Shown: piece after piece, positions 9,488 to 19,277 of the stretch
How the letters are laid out: every line of letters begins with the position of its first letter
Position numbering within the stretch: position 1 is the stretch's first letter
Origin: an uncultured bacterium
Lineage (GTDB): Bacteria; Armatimonadota; Hebobacteria; CAIYQO01
DNA length: 64,000 nucleotides
NCBI GenBank assembly: GCA_903928345.1
Contig: CAIYQO010000229.1
Span: forward strand, 1,351-65,350
Reading direction: 5' to 3'
Position numbers and translations under genes: made by a program
Notes under the pieces: model-generated
The model's input: only the letters and a program-made list of their open reading frames with translations
Told to the model about the DNA's origin: nothing
Database searches by the model: none

Positions 9488-10462
9488 ATGGCGGTGCGGG
9501 TGGCGTTACTGGGGTGCGGCGGGATGATGGGGGCACATGCGGGGCGGCTGCGGGGCATCCCCGAGGCGGAGATCGTGGCGTTGTGCGACACGGCGCCGGC
9601 GATCACGGAAGCCTTCGCGACGACGCATCTGGCGGGCGCCACGGCGCCCGCGCACTTTACCGACGCGGTGGTGATCAGCACGCCGCACACGCAACATTTC
9701 ACCCAGGGGATGCAGGCGCTGGACGCCGGGTGCCACGTCTATATGGAAAAGCCCATGGTCACCGCGCTGGCGCACGCCTACGCCCTGGACGAACGCGTGC
9801 GTGCGACGGGCAAGGTCTTCGTGATCGGCTACAACACCCCCTGCTCGCCCGAATTTTTCTACCTGCGCTCGCTGATCCGCGACGGCTCGCTGGGCAAGCT
9901 GGAGCTGGTCACCGGTTATCTGTCGCAGGACTGGCTGAAGCTCACCACCGGGCTGTGGCGACAGGAGCCGGCGCTCTCCGGCGGCGGGCAGGCGTATGAC
10001 TCCGGCGCGCACCTCTTCAACTCGCTGTGCTGGAGCGTGGAGGCGGAGGTCGCCGAGGTGTTCGCCTTCGTGGACAACCACGGCACGGCGGTGGACATCA
10101 ACTCCGTCACGTCGATCCGCTTCGTCAACGGCGTGCTGGCCAACATTACCATCGGCGGCAACTGCCCGGGCTGCGGAAGCTTCCTGGCCTTCATCTTCGA
10201 CAACGGGCGCGTGGAAATCGACGGCTGGGGCGGCGCGTGGATCAAAGTCTGGCAAGGCGCCGACCAGGTGAAGTACCCGCCCATCGCCCCTGCGCTGGGC
10301 GCGCCCTCGCCCATGCACAACTTCATCGACAGCATCCTGGGCCGCACCGAACCGCGCACGGGTCCGCGGAACGGCATCATCCAGAGCCAGCTCATGGACG
10401 CGATCTACGCCTCGCAGCGCACGGGGTTGCCGGCGAAGGCGGGGCGGGCGGTGGAGGCGTAA
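9488..10462 (+). CDS. Gfo/Idh/MocA family NAD(P)-dependent oxidoreductase.
   Basis: MAVRVALLGCGGMMGAHAGRL Rossmann N-terminus, then EKPM active-site-like motif in CHVYMEKPMV. Start chosen at ATG 9488 (RBS GGTGG). Confidence 0.8.
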   Translation: MAVRVALLGCGGMMGAHAGRLRGIPEAEIVALCDTAPAITEAFATTHLAGATAPAHFTDAVVISTPHTQHFTQGMQALDAGCHVYMEKPMVTALAHAYALDERVRATGKVFVIGYNTPCSPEFFYLRSLIRDGSLGKLELVTGYLSQDWLKLTTGLWRQEPALSGGGQAYDSGAHLFNSLCWSVEAEVAEVFAFVDNHGTAVDINSVTSIRFVNGVLANITIGGNCPGCGSFLAFIFDNGRVEIDGWGGAWIKVWQGADQVKYPPIAPALGAPSPMHNFIDSILGRTEPRTGPRNGIIQSQLMDAIYASQRTGLPAKAGRAVEA

Positions 10463-10508
10463 GAGTTAAAGCTCCATTGCCTGACGCATCTGCGCCTTTC
10501 AGGCTCTC

Positions 10509-12893
10509 CTACACCGCGCCCAACTGCGCAATCGTCACCCCACCCCCGCCTTCGTGGCGTTCGCCGGCGCGGGAGGCGCGGACGACGGGGTGGTGGCGCA
10601 GGACGTCCGCGACGGTGTTGCGCAAGGCGCCGGTGCCGAAGCCGTGGACGATGCGCACGGAGGTGAGGCCCAGGTCGGCGGCGTCGTAGAGGTATTCCTC
10701 CAGCTTTTCGGCGGCTTCCTCGGCGCGCAGGCCGATAAGGTGCAGTTCGGGGTCCACCGGACGCGGCGGCGCGGCGGCGGGGGGCAGCGGGCGGGCGTGG
10801 TCGCTGGGCGGGGCGGCGGGGTCGAGGTCGCGCACGGCAACGTGCACGCGCATGATGCCCACCTGCACGTCCACCTCGTCATCGCCGGCGCCGGCCGCGA
10901 GGGCGATGCCTTTGTGCCCCAGGCCGCGCACGAAGACCGCCTGCCCGGCGGCCACCTGCGTCAAGCCCGGCACGGCGACGAGGGGCGCCACCGCGGCGGG
11001 GGGCAGCGCTTCTTCCACGCGGTCGGTCGCCGCACTCAGCGAGGCGGCGGCGCGTTTGCGCAGCGTGGCGTGTTGCGGTTTTTCAGGCGCCGTGCCGCGC
11101 GTCTCGCGCAGCGCCGTCTTCAACTCGTCCAGGAGGGCGTTCACCTCCTGGCGCGCCTTCTGCAGCACGTCCTGCGCTTCGCGGCGCGCCTTGGAGACGT
11201 TCGTCTCGCGCTTCTCCTCGATCTCCGACAGCTCGTGCTGCAGGCGGGTGGCGGTCTGTTCGGCGTCACGGCGGGCGCGCACGGCGGCGGTGCGTTCGCG
11301 GTCGAGCGCCCGGCGCACCCCCTCGGCCTGTTTCAGCACCTGCTCCATCTCCAGCGGGGCGCTGCCCATCAGGTCGCGCGCTTGCGCCACCAGCGTTTTG
11401 GGCAGGCCCAGCCGCTGGGCGATATAAAAGGCATTCGAACTGCCCGGCAGCCCGGCGATGACGCGGTAGGTGGGCATCAGCGTCTCACGGTCGAACTCCA
11501 CGCTGGCGTTGAGGAAGCCTTCCGCGTTCTGCGCAAAGACCTTCAACTCGCCGTAGTGCGTGGTGACCATCGTGCGGCAGCCGCGCTCCTGCAGCTCGCG
11601 CAGCACCGCCTTCGCCAGCGCCGCGCCCTCCGCGGGGTCGGTGCCGGCGCCGATCTCGTCCATCAGCACCAGCGCGCGCGGCCCGGCCTCCTTGATGATG
11701 TGCACGATATTCGTCATGTGGCCGGAGAAGGTGGACAGGTTTTGCTCGATGGACTGCTCGTCGCCGATATCCACGAAGACCTGCGCGAAGATCGCCAGCT
11801 TGCTCCCCACGTCCGCGGGTACGTGCAGCCCGCTCTGCGCCATGAGGGTAAAGAGCCCGAGGGTTTTGAGCGTCACCGTTTTGCCGCCGGTGTTGGGGCC
11901 GGTGATGACCAGCGTGGTGTTGCCGTCCTCGCCGAGGGCCAGGTCGATGGGCACCGCCTTGGGACCGAGCAGCGGGTGGCGCGCGGCGCGCAGATCGACC
12001 ACGCCGTCGGTGTTGAGCAGCGGCTCCACGGCGTCCTGGGCGCGGGCAAGCAGCGCGCGAGCAATAATCAGGTCGAGCCGCGCCACGGTGTCCAGGCTCT
12101 CCAGCAGGCGCGCGGCAATGCCACCCACCTTGCCGGAGAGGGCCGCGAGCACGCGCTGCACTTCTTCCTCTTCGCGGCGCTCCGCCTCGCGCAGGTCGTT
12201 GCCGCGCTCCACCACCGCCATCGGCTCCATGAAGACGGTCTGCCCGCTGGCGGAGATGTCGTGCACGATGCCGCGGAAGCTGTTGCGGCACTCGGCGCGC
12301 ACCGGCACGCAGAAGCGCCCGTTGCGCTGGGTGATGATCGGCTCCTGCAGCTCCGGCGCGCTCAGCACGTGTTGCAGGTCGCGCTGCAGCTCCTCGTAGA
12401 GCACGCGCACGCGGCGCCGGGCACGTTCCAGCTCCGCGCTGGCGGAGTCGCGCACCTCGCCGCGTTCGGTGATGGCGCGGTCCACCGCCTCTTCCACCGC
12501 GGGGAATTCGCCCAGCAGTTGCCCCTGCGCCCACAGGCGGGGGAAGCCGTCGCCGGCGCGTTGCAGAAAACGGCGTACGCGGCGGCAGCAGGCGGCGGTC
12601 TCCGCCACGTCGAGCAGCTCCGGCGCGGTGAGCACGCCGTGCTTCTCCGCGCGCCGCACGGGGTCGCGCACGTCGTGCAACCCGCCCAGCGGCACATCGC
12701 CCACGTCGCCGATCAGCCGCGTGGCCTCGGTGGTCTCCGCCAACCGCGCCAGCACCACCGCCGGATCGGTAGCGGGCCGCATCCGCCCCACCAGCGCCTG
12801 TCCCAGCGATGACGCGGCATACCCGCGCACCATCTCGCGCACGTCGTCGTAATCCAGAATTGTGTGAATGCGTGTATCCATCGGCAGCATCAT
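10509..12893 (-). CDS. mutS2: Endonuclease MutS2 (MutS domains III-V plus C-terminal Smr domain).
   Basis: Walker A GPNTGGKTVTLKT. MutS ABC signature STFSGHMTNI...VLMDEIGAGTDPAEGAAL. C-terminal Smr domain LHLIGLRAEEAAEKLEEYLYDAADLGLTSVRIVHGFGTGALRN. Confidence 0.9.
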   Translation of the reverse strand: MMLPMDTRIHTILDYDDVREMVRGYAASSLGQALVGRMRPATDPAVVLARLAETTEATRLIGDVGDVPLGGLHDVRDPVRRAEKHGVLTAPELLDVAETAACCRRVRRFLQRAGDGFPRLWAQGQLLGEFPAVEEAVDRAITERGEVRDSASAELERARRRVRVLYEELQRDLQHVLSAPELQEPIITQRNGRFCVPVRAECRNSFRGIVHDISASGQTVFMEPMAVVERGNDLREAERREEEEVQRVLAALSGKVGGIAARLLESLDTVARLDLIIARALLARAQDAVEPLLNTDGVVDLRAARHPLLGPKAVPIDLALGEDGNTTLVITGPNTGGKTVTLKTLGLFTLMAQSGLHVPADVGSKLAIFAQVFVDIGDEQSIEQNLSTFSGHMTNIVHIIKEAGPRALVLMDEIGAGTDPAEGAALAKAVLRELQERGCRTMVTTHYGELKVFAQNAEGFLNASVEFDRETLMPTYRVIAGLPGSSNAFYIAQRLGLPKTLVAQARDLMGSAPLEMEQVLKQAEGVRRALDRERTAAVRARRDAEQTATRLQHELSEIEEKRETNVSKARREAQDVLQKARQEVNALLDELKTALRETRGTAPEKPQHATLRKRAAASLSAATDRVEEALPPAAVAPLVAVPGLTQVAAGQAVFVRGLGHKGIALAAGAGDDEVDVQVGIMRVHVAVRDLDPAAPPSDHARPLPPAAAPPRPVDPELHLIGLRAEEAAEKLEEYLYDAADLGLTSVRIVHGFGTGALRNTVADVLRHHPVVRASRAGERHEGGGGVTIAQLGAV

Positions 12894-12959
12894 TATACGC
12901 CGTTACGGGGGGATTTTCCAGGAAGCGAAGAGGCTTCTGTGCGGATAGCGCCGTGGGGT

Positions 12960-13269
12960 GATAATTCACAGGGATGAAGGGGATGGGAGGGATTTTTGGG
13001 GATGGGGATTTACGTGGGGTAAGGTGGCCAGCACCGTATGGAAGTCCCTAACCAGGCGCCGCCGGGTGTGCAGTGTAAGAAAACAGTGTGTTTTCTTATG
13101 AGCATGACGGCAGTCGCGCGTCCGGGTGGAAATGATTATGCCCATGAGCGATAAAAAAGTGTAGCCGCAGGCTTCAGCCTGCGTTAAGCGCCTGCGCAGG
13201 CTAAAGCCTGCGGCTACACTTTTCCATCCCCAATATCCCCTTTCATCCCTTTCATCCCTGTGAATTATC
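12960..13269. repeat. MITE-like palindromic element (about 310 bp) with roughly 45-bp imperfect terminal inverted repeats (GATAATTCACAGGGATGAAGGGGATGG...) and an internal perfect hairpin.
   Basis: Left end gataattcacagggatgaagggg... matches the reverse complement of the right end ...ccctttcatccctgtgaattatc. Internal hairpin aaaagtgtagccgcaggcttcagcctgcg/cgcaggctaaagcctgcggctacactttt. An internal segment (gacggcagtcgcgcg.ccgg..ggaaatgat..tgccca) recurs at 50271-50345. Confidence 0.8.
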
Positions 13270-13300
13270 AACCCACCGGGTCATCCGAAAACAAACACCC

Positions 13301-15781
13301 TCAACCCGCGTAGGTATCCACCAAACTCCGCACCACCAGTTGCGCCGCTACTTCATCGCGCGTCAGCGGGGTGCGCGGGGTGAGGGTGAGGGTGGCCGGG
13401 GTGCCGGGGCGGACGTGCACGAAGTTGTCGCTGCAGCGCGCTTCGGCGTCGGCGAGTTCCACCCACGTCCACAGCGCGGGGCGGCGGGCGGTGAGGGTGA
13501 CGGTGAAAGTACCGTTGCCGGCGTCGCCCACCGTGGCGGTGAGTTCCGGGTCGGGCAGCGCCAGGTGCTTGGGGCGTGCGAAGAGGGCTACGTTGTCGGC
13601 GACGCGCGCGCCGTCGACGAGCAGCTCCGCCCACACCAGCACGCCGCGCGGGCCGTGGGAGGCGAGGGTGGCGGAGACATCGGCGGTGCCCACGAGGGTG
13701 TTCGCCAGCGGGGCGGCCGCGACGGGCTGCGTGCCGGTGAGCAGCGGGGCGCCGGCCAGGTCGGTCACCGTCCACGCCACCGTGCCGCGTACGACGTCGC
13801 GCCGGTCGTTCGTCACGTGCAGCGCCACGGTGCCGGTGTCGGGGTCTTCCACCAGCGAGAGCAATACCGGGGCGTAGAAGTGCCGCGCCATGTAGTGCAG
13901 CGCTTTCCAGTGGCCGGCGTAGTCCAGCGACGCCCAGCTCGCCACCGGCCAGCAGTCGTTGAGCTGCCAGTACAACGTGCCCATGCCGCGCGGCATCGCC
14001 CGCCGCCAGTGCTCCACCGCGTATTTGATGGCCATCCCTTGCAGAATCTGGCTCAGCCACAGCGTCATGTCGAAGGAGGTGGGCAGGCGGTACCAGTCCA
14101 GCAGGTACGTCATGATAGTGCTGTTGCCGATGCCGCTGCGCTGGTGGTGCTCCATCACGTAGGTGGTCACGTTGCGATCCTCCGGCGCGGTGTAACCGTG
14201 CACCACGCGCGGCTCGGGGAAGGACTGGAAGCCGAACTCGCTGTTGAAGCGGTGCGTGCAGGTGCGGTACCACTCGAAGGGCTTTTTACCGTGCCACACG
14301 TCCCACAGGTGCGCGTCGCCGCGGTCGGGATTGTTGAAGTCGACGCGCCCCTCGCCCGGGGTATGCGGGCTGCACGGCCAGTAGTCGCGGTCGGGGTCGA
14401 GTTCCGTCGTCACGCGCGGCAGCAACTCGTCGAAGAGGCTCTTATACTGCGCCCACGGCATCTGGTTTTCGCCGTCGCCGACCAGCCCCATCTCCAGCTC
14501 GTTGTTGCCGCACCACAGCGCGATGCTCGGGTGGTGGCGCAGGCGGGCGATGTTGTCGCGGAACTCCGCTTCCACGTTCGCCATGAAGTCGGCGTCGAAG
14601 GCGGGGTAGCCGGAGCAGGCGAACATGAAGTCGTGCCACAGCGTAAGGCCCAACTCGTCGCAGAGGTCGTAGAAGGTGTCGGCTTCGTAGATGCCGCCGC
14701 CCCACACGCGCAGCATGTTCATGTTGGCATCCGCCGCGCTGGTGAGGATGTCGCGGTAGGTCTCCGGGGTGATGCGTGTGGCGAAGGTGTCGGTGGGAAT
14801 CCAGTTGGCGCCCTTGGCGAAGAAGGGCACGCCGTTGACGACGAACTGGAAGGATTCCCCCCACTCGTCCGGGTGCCGATCCAGCCGCAACGTGCGCAGG
14901 CCGACGCGGCGGGAGGTGGTGTCGAGGATGTGCGCGTCGGCGAGAAGTTCCACCGTCACCGTATACAACGGTTGCGCACCCAGCGTGTTCGGCCACCAGA
15001 GTTGCGGGTCGGGGATGGACAGCACGGCGTGGGCGGCACCGTCGGCCACCGGGGTGGTCGTTGCCGCCACCGGGAGGCCGTCCAGCGTCACGGTGACGCG
15101 CGCCGTCACGGGGGCCGTTGCGGTGGCGGCGACCTGCAGCGTCACCGCGCCGTCGGCATGCTGCTGCGTAATGTTTACATCGATCAGCCGCGCGCCGTTG
15201 GAAGCGACCAGCGTGATGGGTCGCCAGACCCCGCAGGTCACCAGCACCGGGCCCCAATCCCAGCCGAAGTTGCACGGTTCCTTGCGCAGGTAGCAGCGGC
15301 CTTGCACTTCGTTCGTTCCGTGCCAGCCCGGCACCGGGTGGGCGGCCTGGCGGGTTTCGCAATACGGTTTCGCGGGGGCGAAGGTGACGGTGAGAGTATT
15401 TTCGCCTACGCGTAGGGCGTGGCGCACGTTGAAGGTCCACGTGCGGTACATGTTGTCCGTGCAGCCCAGTTCGATGCCGTTCAACTCGACCGTCGCCAGC
15501 GTGTCCAGCCCGTCGCAGTGCAGCGCGATCGCGTCGCAGGCGAGGAGGGTGTCGGACACATCGAAGGTGCGCGTGTAGACCCACGTCGCCTCGCTCACCC
15601 ACTGCACGCGCGCTTCGTTGTCGCGGTAGAAGGGATCCTCGATGGCGCCCGCGGCGAGCAGATCGGTGTGGATGCACCCCGGCACCTGCGCCGGAAAGGT
15701 TTCCTCCGCCCCCGCGCGCCGCACCGCCCACACCCCGCCCAGTTCCACCGTCATTACCTCGGATACCGCCTGCACCATCGC
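13301..15781 (-). CDS. Glycoside hydrolase family 2, beta-mannosidase-like.
   Basis: NGVPFFAKGANWIP, WCGNNELEMG and NMLRVWGGGIYE motifs typical of GH2 beta-mannosidases. Start chosen at ATG 15781 (RBS GGAGGTGG) rather than the upstream extension to 15883. Confidence 0.8.
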   Translation of the reverse strand, partial: AMVQAVSEVMTVELGGVWAVRRAGAEETFPAQVPGCIHTDLLAAGAIEDPFYRDNEARVQWVSEATWVYTRTFDVSDTLLACDAIALHCDGLDTLATVELNGIELGCTDNMYRTWTFNVRHALRVGENTLTVTFAPAKPYCETRQAAHPVPGWHGTNEVQGRCYLRKEPCNFGWDWGPVLVTCGVWRPITLVASNGARLIDVNITQQHADGAVTLQVAATATAPVTARVTVTLDGLPVAATTTPVADGAAHAVLSIPDPQLWWPNTLGAQPLYTVTVELLADAHILDTTSRRVGLRTLRLDRHPDEWGESFQFVVNGVPFFAKGANWIPTDTFATRITPETYRDILTSAADANMNMLRVWGGGIYEADTFYDLCDELGLTLWHDFMFACSGYPAFDADFMANVEAEFRDNIARLRHHPSIALWCGNNELEMGLVGDGENQMPWAQYKSLFDELLPRVTTELDPDRDYWPCSPHTPGEGRVDFNNPDRGDAHLWDVWHGKKPFEWYRTCTHRFNSEFGFQSFPEPRVVHGYTAPEDRNVTTYVMEHHQRSGIGNSTIMTYLLDWYRLPTSFDMTLWLSQILQGMAIKYAVEHWRRAMPRGMGTLYWQLNDCWPVASWASLDYAGHWKALHYMARHFYAPVLLSLVEDPDTGTVALHVTNDRRDVVRGTVAWTVTDLAGAPLLTGTQPVAAAPLANTLVGTADVSATLASHGPRGVLVWAELLVDGARVADNVALFARPKHLALPDPELTATVGDAGNGTFTVTLTARRPALWTWVELADAEARCSDNFVHVRPGTPATLTLTPRTPLTRDEVAAQLVVRSLVDTYAG

Positions 15782-15847
15782 CCCCACCTCCTGTAAATCC
15801 GCGCTAGTGTACGGCGTTTGACGGAATCGGGCAAGGGGCGGTGAGGG

Positions 15848-15964
15848 AAATGCACAATGGAGAATAGAAAATGGAGAATGCACAATGAGGGAGAAGGAAT
15901 TCTAATAACGCCCTTCCTTTCCCCCCATTCTCAATTCTCCATTTTCAATTTTTCATTGTGCATT
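15848..15964. repeat. AT-rich long hairpin (about 50-bp arms) between folC (3' end) and the GH2 gene (5' end).
   Basis: aaatgcacaatggagaatagaaaatggagaatgcacaatgagggagaagg ... ccttcctttccccccattctcaattctccattttcaatttttcattgtgcattt. The folC stop codon lies in the right arm. Confidence 0.7.
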
Positions 15965-17290
15965 TACCCCTGCCCGTTCCCACCACCGCAACGCTTCGCC
16001 GACGATATACAGCGAGCCGGTGACGCAGATTACGTCTTCGGGGGCGGCGTCGGCCAGGGCGCGGGGGAGGGCGGTGGCGACGTCGGGGGCGGTAATGGTT
16101 GCAGGGTGGGTGGTCGCGGCGGCCAGCTCCGCCGGCGGCACGGCGCGGGGGGCGTTCGAGGTGGTGAGCACCAAGCCCACGGCGCGCGCGGCGAAAAGGG
16201 TGAGCATCTCCGGCCAACTCTTGTCGCGGCTGAACCCGAGCACGAAGCGCACGGGGCGTCCGGGGAAGTGTCGGTCGAGCGCCGCCAGCAGCACCTCCGC
16301 CGCGGCGGTGTTATGCGCGCCGTCCAGCAGCAGCAGCGGGTGTTCGCGCAGCACCTGCATGCGCCCCGGCCACTGCACCGCGGCCAGCCCCTGACGCACG
16401 GCGTTGGGTGAAACGGACACCGTGGTCATCAGCAGCTCCGCCAGCCCGATGGCCACCGCGGCGTTTTCCTGCTGGTGCTCGCCGAGGAGCGGGCAGGTGA
16501 GGTCGCGGTAGGTGTGGCGCACGCCGTGCACGGTGAAGCGTTGCCCGGTCGGCGAGGAAAGGGCGCTCGGTTCCAGCAGAATATCCCGGCCCACGCGCAG
16601 CAGCGGGCTGTCGTGCTCGGTGGCGACGCGCGCGATGACGGCATCCACCGCCGGCTCCTGCGGCGCGCTGACCACCGGCACCCCGGGCTTGATGATGCCT
16701 GCCTTCTCCGCGGCGATGGCCGTCGTGGTGGCGCCCAACTCCGCCACGTGATCCAGCGCGATGCGCGTGATGGCCGTCGCCAGCGGCGTCACCACGTTCG
16801 TCGCGTCCAGCCGCCCGCCCATGCCCGTTTCGAGCACGGTGATGTCCACCCCCTGCCGCGCGAACCACAGGAAGGCCAGAATGGTGATCGCTTCGAAAAA
16901 GGTGATCGTCTCCCCGGTGTCGCGCGCCACGGCGGCGATGACCGGCTGCACCTCACGGGATAGGGCGAGGAATTCCGCTTCGGAGATGAGCGTGTCGTCT
17001 ACGCGCAGGCGTTCGCGTACGGTGACCAGGTGGGGTTTCGTGAACAGCGCCGTGCGCAGCCCGGCGGCACGCAGCATGGCCGCGAGCATGGCGGCGGTGG
17101 ACCCTTTGCCCTTGGTGCCCGCGATGTGCGCCACGCGCAGCGCGCGGTGCGGATCGCCCAGGCGCGCCAGCACGGCATACACGCGGTCCAGGCTCAAGTA
17201 GGTAGCCGTGGGCGCGTGCGCCGGGCGCGCTTCATAATCGGTTAGCGCGGTCAAGTACGTGACCGCGTCGGCAAAGGTATGCACGACCAC
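15953..17290 (-). CDS. folC: Bifunctional folylpolyglutamate synthase/dihydrofolate synthase (Mur ligase family).
   Basis: HIAGTKGKGST P-loop of the Mur ligase family. Length and overall architecture match FolC. Confidence 0.8.
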   Translation of the reverse strand: MVVHTFADAVTYLTALTDYEARPAHAPTATYLSLDRVYAVLARLGDPHRALRVAHIAGTKGKGSTAAMLAAMLRAAGLRTALFTKPHLVTVRERLRVDDTLISEAEFLALSREVQPVIAAVARDTGETITFFEAITILAFLWFARQGVDITVLETGMGGRLDATNVVTPLATAITRIALDHVAELGATTTAIAAEKAGIIKPGVPVVSAPQEPAVDAVIARVATEHDSPLLRVGRDILLEPSALSSPTGQRFTVHGVRHTYRDLTCPLLGEHQQENAAVAIGLAELLMTTVSVSPNAVRQGLAAVQWPGRMQVLREHPLLLLDGAHNTAAAEVLLAALDRHFPGRPVRFVLGFSRDKSWPEMLTLFAARAVGLVLTTSNAPRAVPPAELAAATTHPATITAPDVATALPRALADAAPEDVICVTGSLYIVGEALRWWERAGVNAQ

Positions 17291-17441
17291 AGTCTACGCG
17301 CGGGCGCGGGAAGGCGTCAATAAATGAGCGGTGGGCACGCGCATTTAATAACCCGCGTTCACCGGTGCCCGCCCCCCACCCCCTATCCCCGATGGGCAGA
17401 AATTGGTATAGTGAGGGGGAATCTACCCCGGATCGGCGACG

Positions 17442-18203
17442 GTGATGGCAGAACTCGAGTACGACGGTTTCACCCCGGAGGAAGCAGCGGTAATCAATCG
17501 ACTGGATCGCAGTCGATTGCCGCGGCATCTGGCGGTTATTATGGACGGCAACGGGCGCTGGGCCACCCAGCGCAGTTTGCCGCGCGTGCTCGGTCACCAC
17601 GCGGGCGTGGAGACGGTGCGCTTCATGATTACCGCCTGCCACAGCCTGGGCATCCCGTATCTGACGCTCTACTCCTTCTCCACGGAAAACTGGAAGCGGC
17701 CCGAGGCGGAGGTGCAGGCGCTGATGGCCCTCATCGAGGGGCAACTGCGCAACGAGCTGGTGACGATGGACCGCAAAGGCGTCTACGTGCGCCACCTGGG
17801 CCGCCGGGAGGGCCTGCCGGATTCGTTGCTGCAGACGCTCGATGATTGCGAGGCGCAGACGCGGCACAACACCGCGCTGACGTTGAGCTTCGCCATCAAC
17901 TACAGCGGGCGCGCCGAGTTGCTCGACGCGGTCAAGCGCCTGGCGCGCGCCGGGCACGACGCCGCATCCCTCACCGAAGAGGACATCACCGGCGCGATGT
18001 ACCTGCCCGCGCATCCCGACCCGGATCTGGTGATCCGCACCGCGGGGGAGATGCGCATGAGCAACTTTATGCTCTGGGAAGCCGCGTATGCGGAATTTTG
18101 GAGCACCCCGGCGTTCTGGCCGGAATTCCGCGCCCCCCAGCTCCTCGCCGCGTTGGAAGAGTACCTGCGGCGTACCCGAAAATATGGAGGCGTAACGAGC
18201 TGA
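17442..18203 (+). CDS. uppS: Undecaprenyl diphosphate synthase (isoprenyl transferase).
   Basis: HLAVIMDGNGRWA and LTLYSFSTENWKRP signature motifs. Confidence 0.9.
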   Translation: MMAELEYDGFTPEEAAVINRLDRSRLPRHLAVIMDGNGRWATQRSLPRVLGHHAGVETVRFMITACHSLGIPYLTLYSFSTENWKRPEAEVQALMALIEGQLRNELVTMDRKGVYVRHLGRREGLPDSLLQTLDDCEAQTRHNTALTLSFAINYSGRAELLDAVKRLARAGHDAASLTEEDITGAMYLPAHPDPDLVIRTAGEMRMSNFMLWEAAYAEFWSTPAFWPEFRAPQLLAALEEYLRRTRKYGGVTS

Positions 18204-19129
18204 TGCTCCGCTACCGTTTGCTGGCGGCGATCCTGGGATTGCCGATTATTATCGTCCTGTTGTGGCTCAACTACTACCTGCGCACGCTGGGCAGCCCGGA
18301 TGACTTCCCGCTCATGGGGATCGTGCTGCTCATCGCCGGCATCGGCGGGTGGGAGGTCAGCCAGGCGCTGCGGAACCGCTACCCGCAGGCGTCGGTGTGG
18401 AACGGCGTGTATGCCGCGCTGGCGCTGCCCTTCATCGTGCATGCCATTCGCCTGGCGGTGGTGCACGGCGCCACGCAGCCGGTCACCACCTGCGGGCTGC
18501 TCATCGACTCGCTGGGCAGCACGGCGGCGGTGATGCTGCTCTTCCTGGGCGTCTGGAGCGACGTGGAAAACCGCGGCTGGGACGGCCTGCGCGAAAACGC
18601 GGTGGTCGTGCTCGCGGGCATTTACCTGGGCACCGCGACCTCCGCGCTGCTGCTGCTGGGGGAGACGCCGCTCTTCGAAATGGCGGTGGCGTTCATCTTC
18701 GTACTCGTCTTCGGGCTGGACACGGTGGCCTACTTCGCCGGGAAGACGTTCGGCGGCCCGCCCCTGGCGCCCGCGATCAGCCCGAAAAAGACGTGGACCG
18801 GCGCCGTATGCGGGCTGCTCGGTACGCTGCTCATCGCCGCGCTCTTCAAATTGGTGCCCGGCGGCGGCGCGGTGAGCGCCGGCGCCCCGTGGTGGCAGGT
18901 GGGCGCGCACCTCAGTTGGGGGCCGCTGCTGTGGATCGGTTTCTGCGCCGGCGTGCTGGGCCAACTGGGCGATCTGGTGGAATCCGCCTTCAAGCGCTGG
19001 GCGGGCGTGAAGGACTCCGGCGCCATCCTCCCCGGCCATGGCGGCTTCCTCGACCGTTTCGACAGCCTGTTCCTCACCGCCCCTGCCTGCTACGTGCTGC
19101 TCGCGCACTTCCTGCAACTACCCGTGTAA
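18203..19129 (+). CDS. cdsA: Phosphatidate cytidylyltransferase.
   Basis: Multi-TM protein with C-terminal CdsA signature SAFKRWAGVKDSGAILPGHGGFLDRFDSL. ATG overlaps the uppS stop (ATGA). Confidence 0.85.
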   Translation: MLRYRLLAAILGLPIIIVLLWLNYYLRTLGSPDDFPLMGIVLLIAGIGGWEVSQALRNRYPQASVWNGVYAALALPFIVHAIRLAVVHGATQPVTTCGLLIDSLGSTAAVMLLFLGVWSDVENRGWDGLRENAVVVLAGIYLGTATSALLLLGETPLFEMAVAFIFVLVFGLDTVAYFAGKTFGGPPLAPAISPKKTWTGAVCGLLGTLLIAALFKLVPGGGAVSAGAPWWQVGAHLSWGPLLWIGFCAGVLGQLGDLVESAFKRWAGVKDSGAILPGHGGFLDRFDSLFLTAPACYVLLAHFLQLPV

Positions 19130-19260
19130 TTTTTAGTTTTGAATTTTTAGTTTTGAATTATATCGAAAACGCCGGGTTGGCTTGCCTGTATGGGTGGTGT
19201 CTTCTCCGGCACCTACCGCGCACCGGCCATTTTAAAACTCAACATTAAAAATTCAACATT
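19130..19260. repeat. AT-rich inverted-repeat element between cdsA and the mlaE-like gene.
   Basis: tttttagttttgaatttttagttttgaatt (tandem duplication) at 19130-19160 versus attttaaaactcaacattaaaaattcaacatt at 19229-19260 in inverted orientation. Confidence 0.6.
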
Positions 19261-19277
19261 CCCGTCTCCGGGGGCAT

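Noticed and set aside
10554-12812. 752-aa plus-strand ORF opposite mutS2, and 494-aa ORF at 11485-12969.
   Set aside because: MutS2 on the minus strand has clear Walker A, ABC-signature and Smr motifs. The opposing ORFs are low-complexity high-GC artefacts.
13340-15415. 691-aa plus-strand ORF and other long ORFs overlapping the GH2 gene.
   Set aside because: Antisense to a GH2 gene with conserved catalytic-region motifs. The composition is Arg/Gly/Ala-biased.
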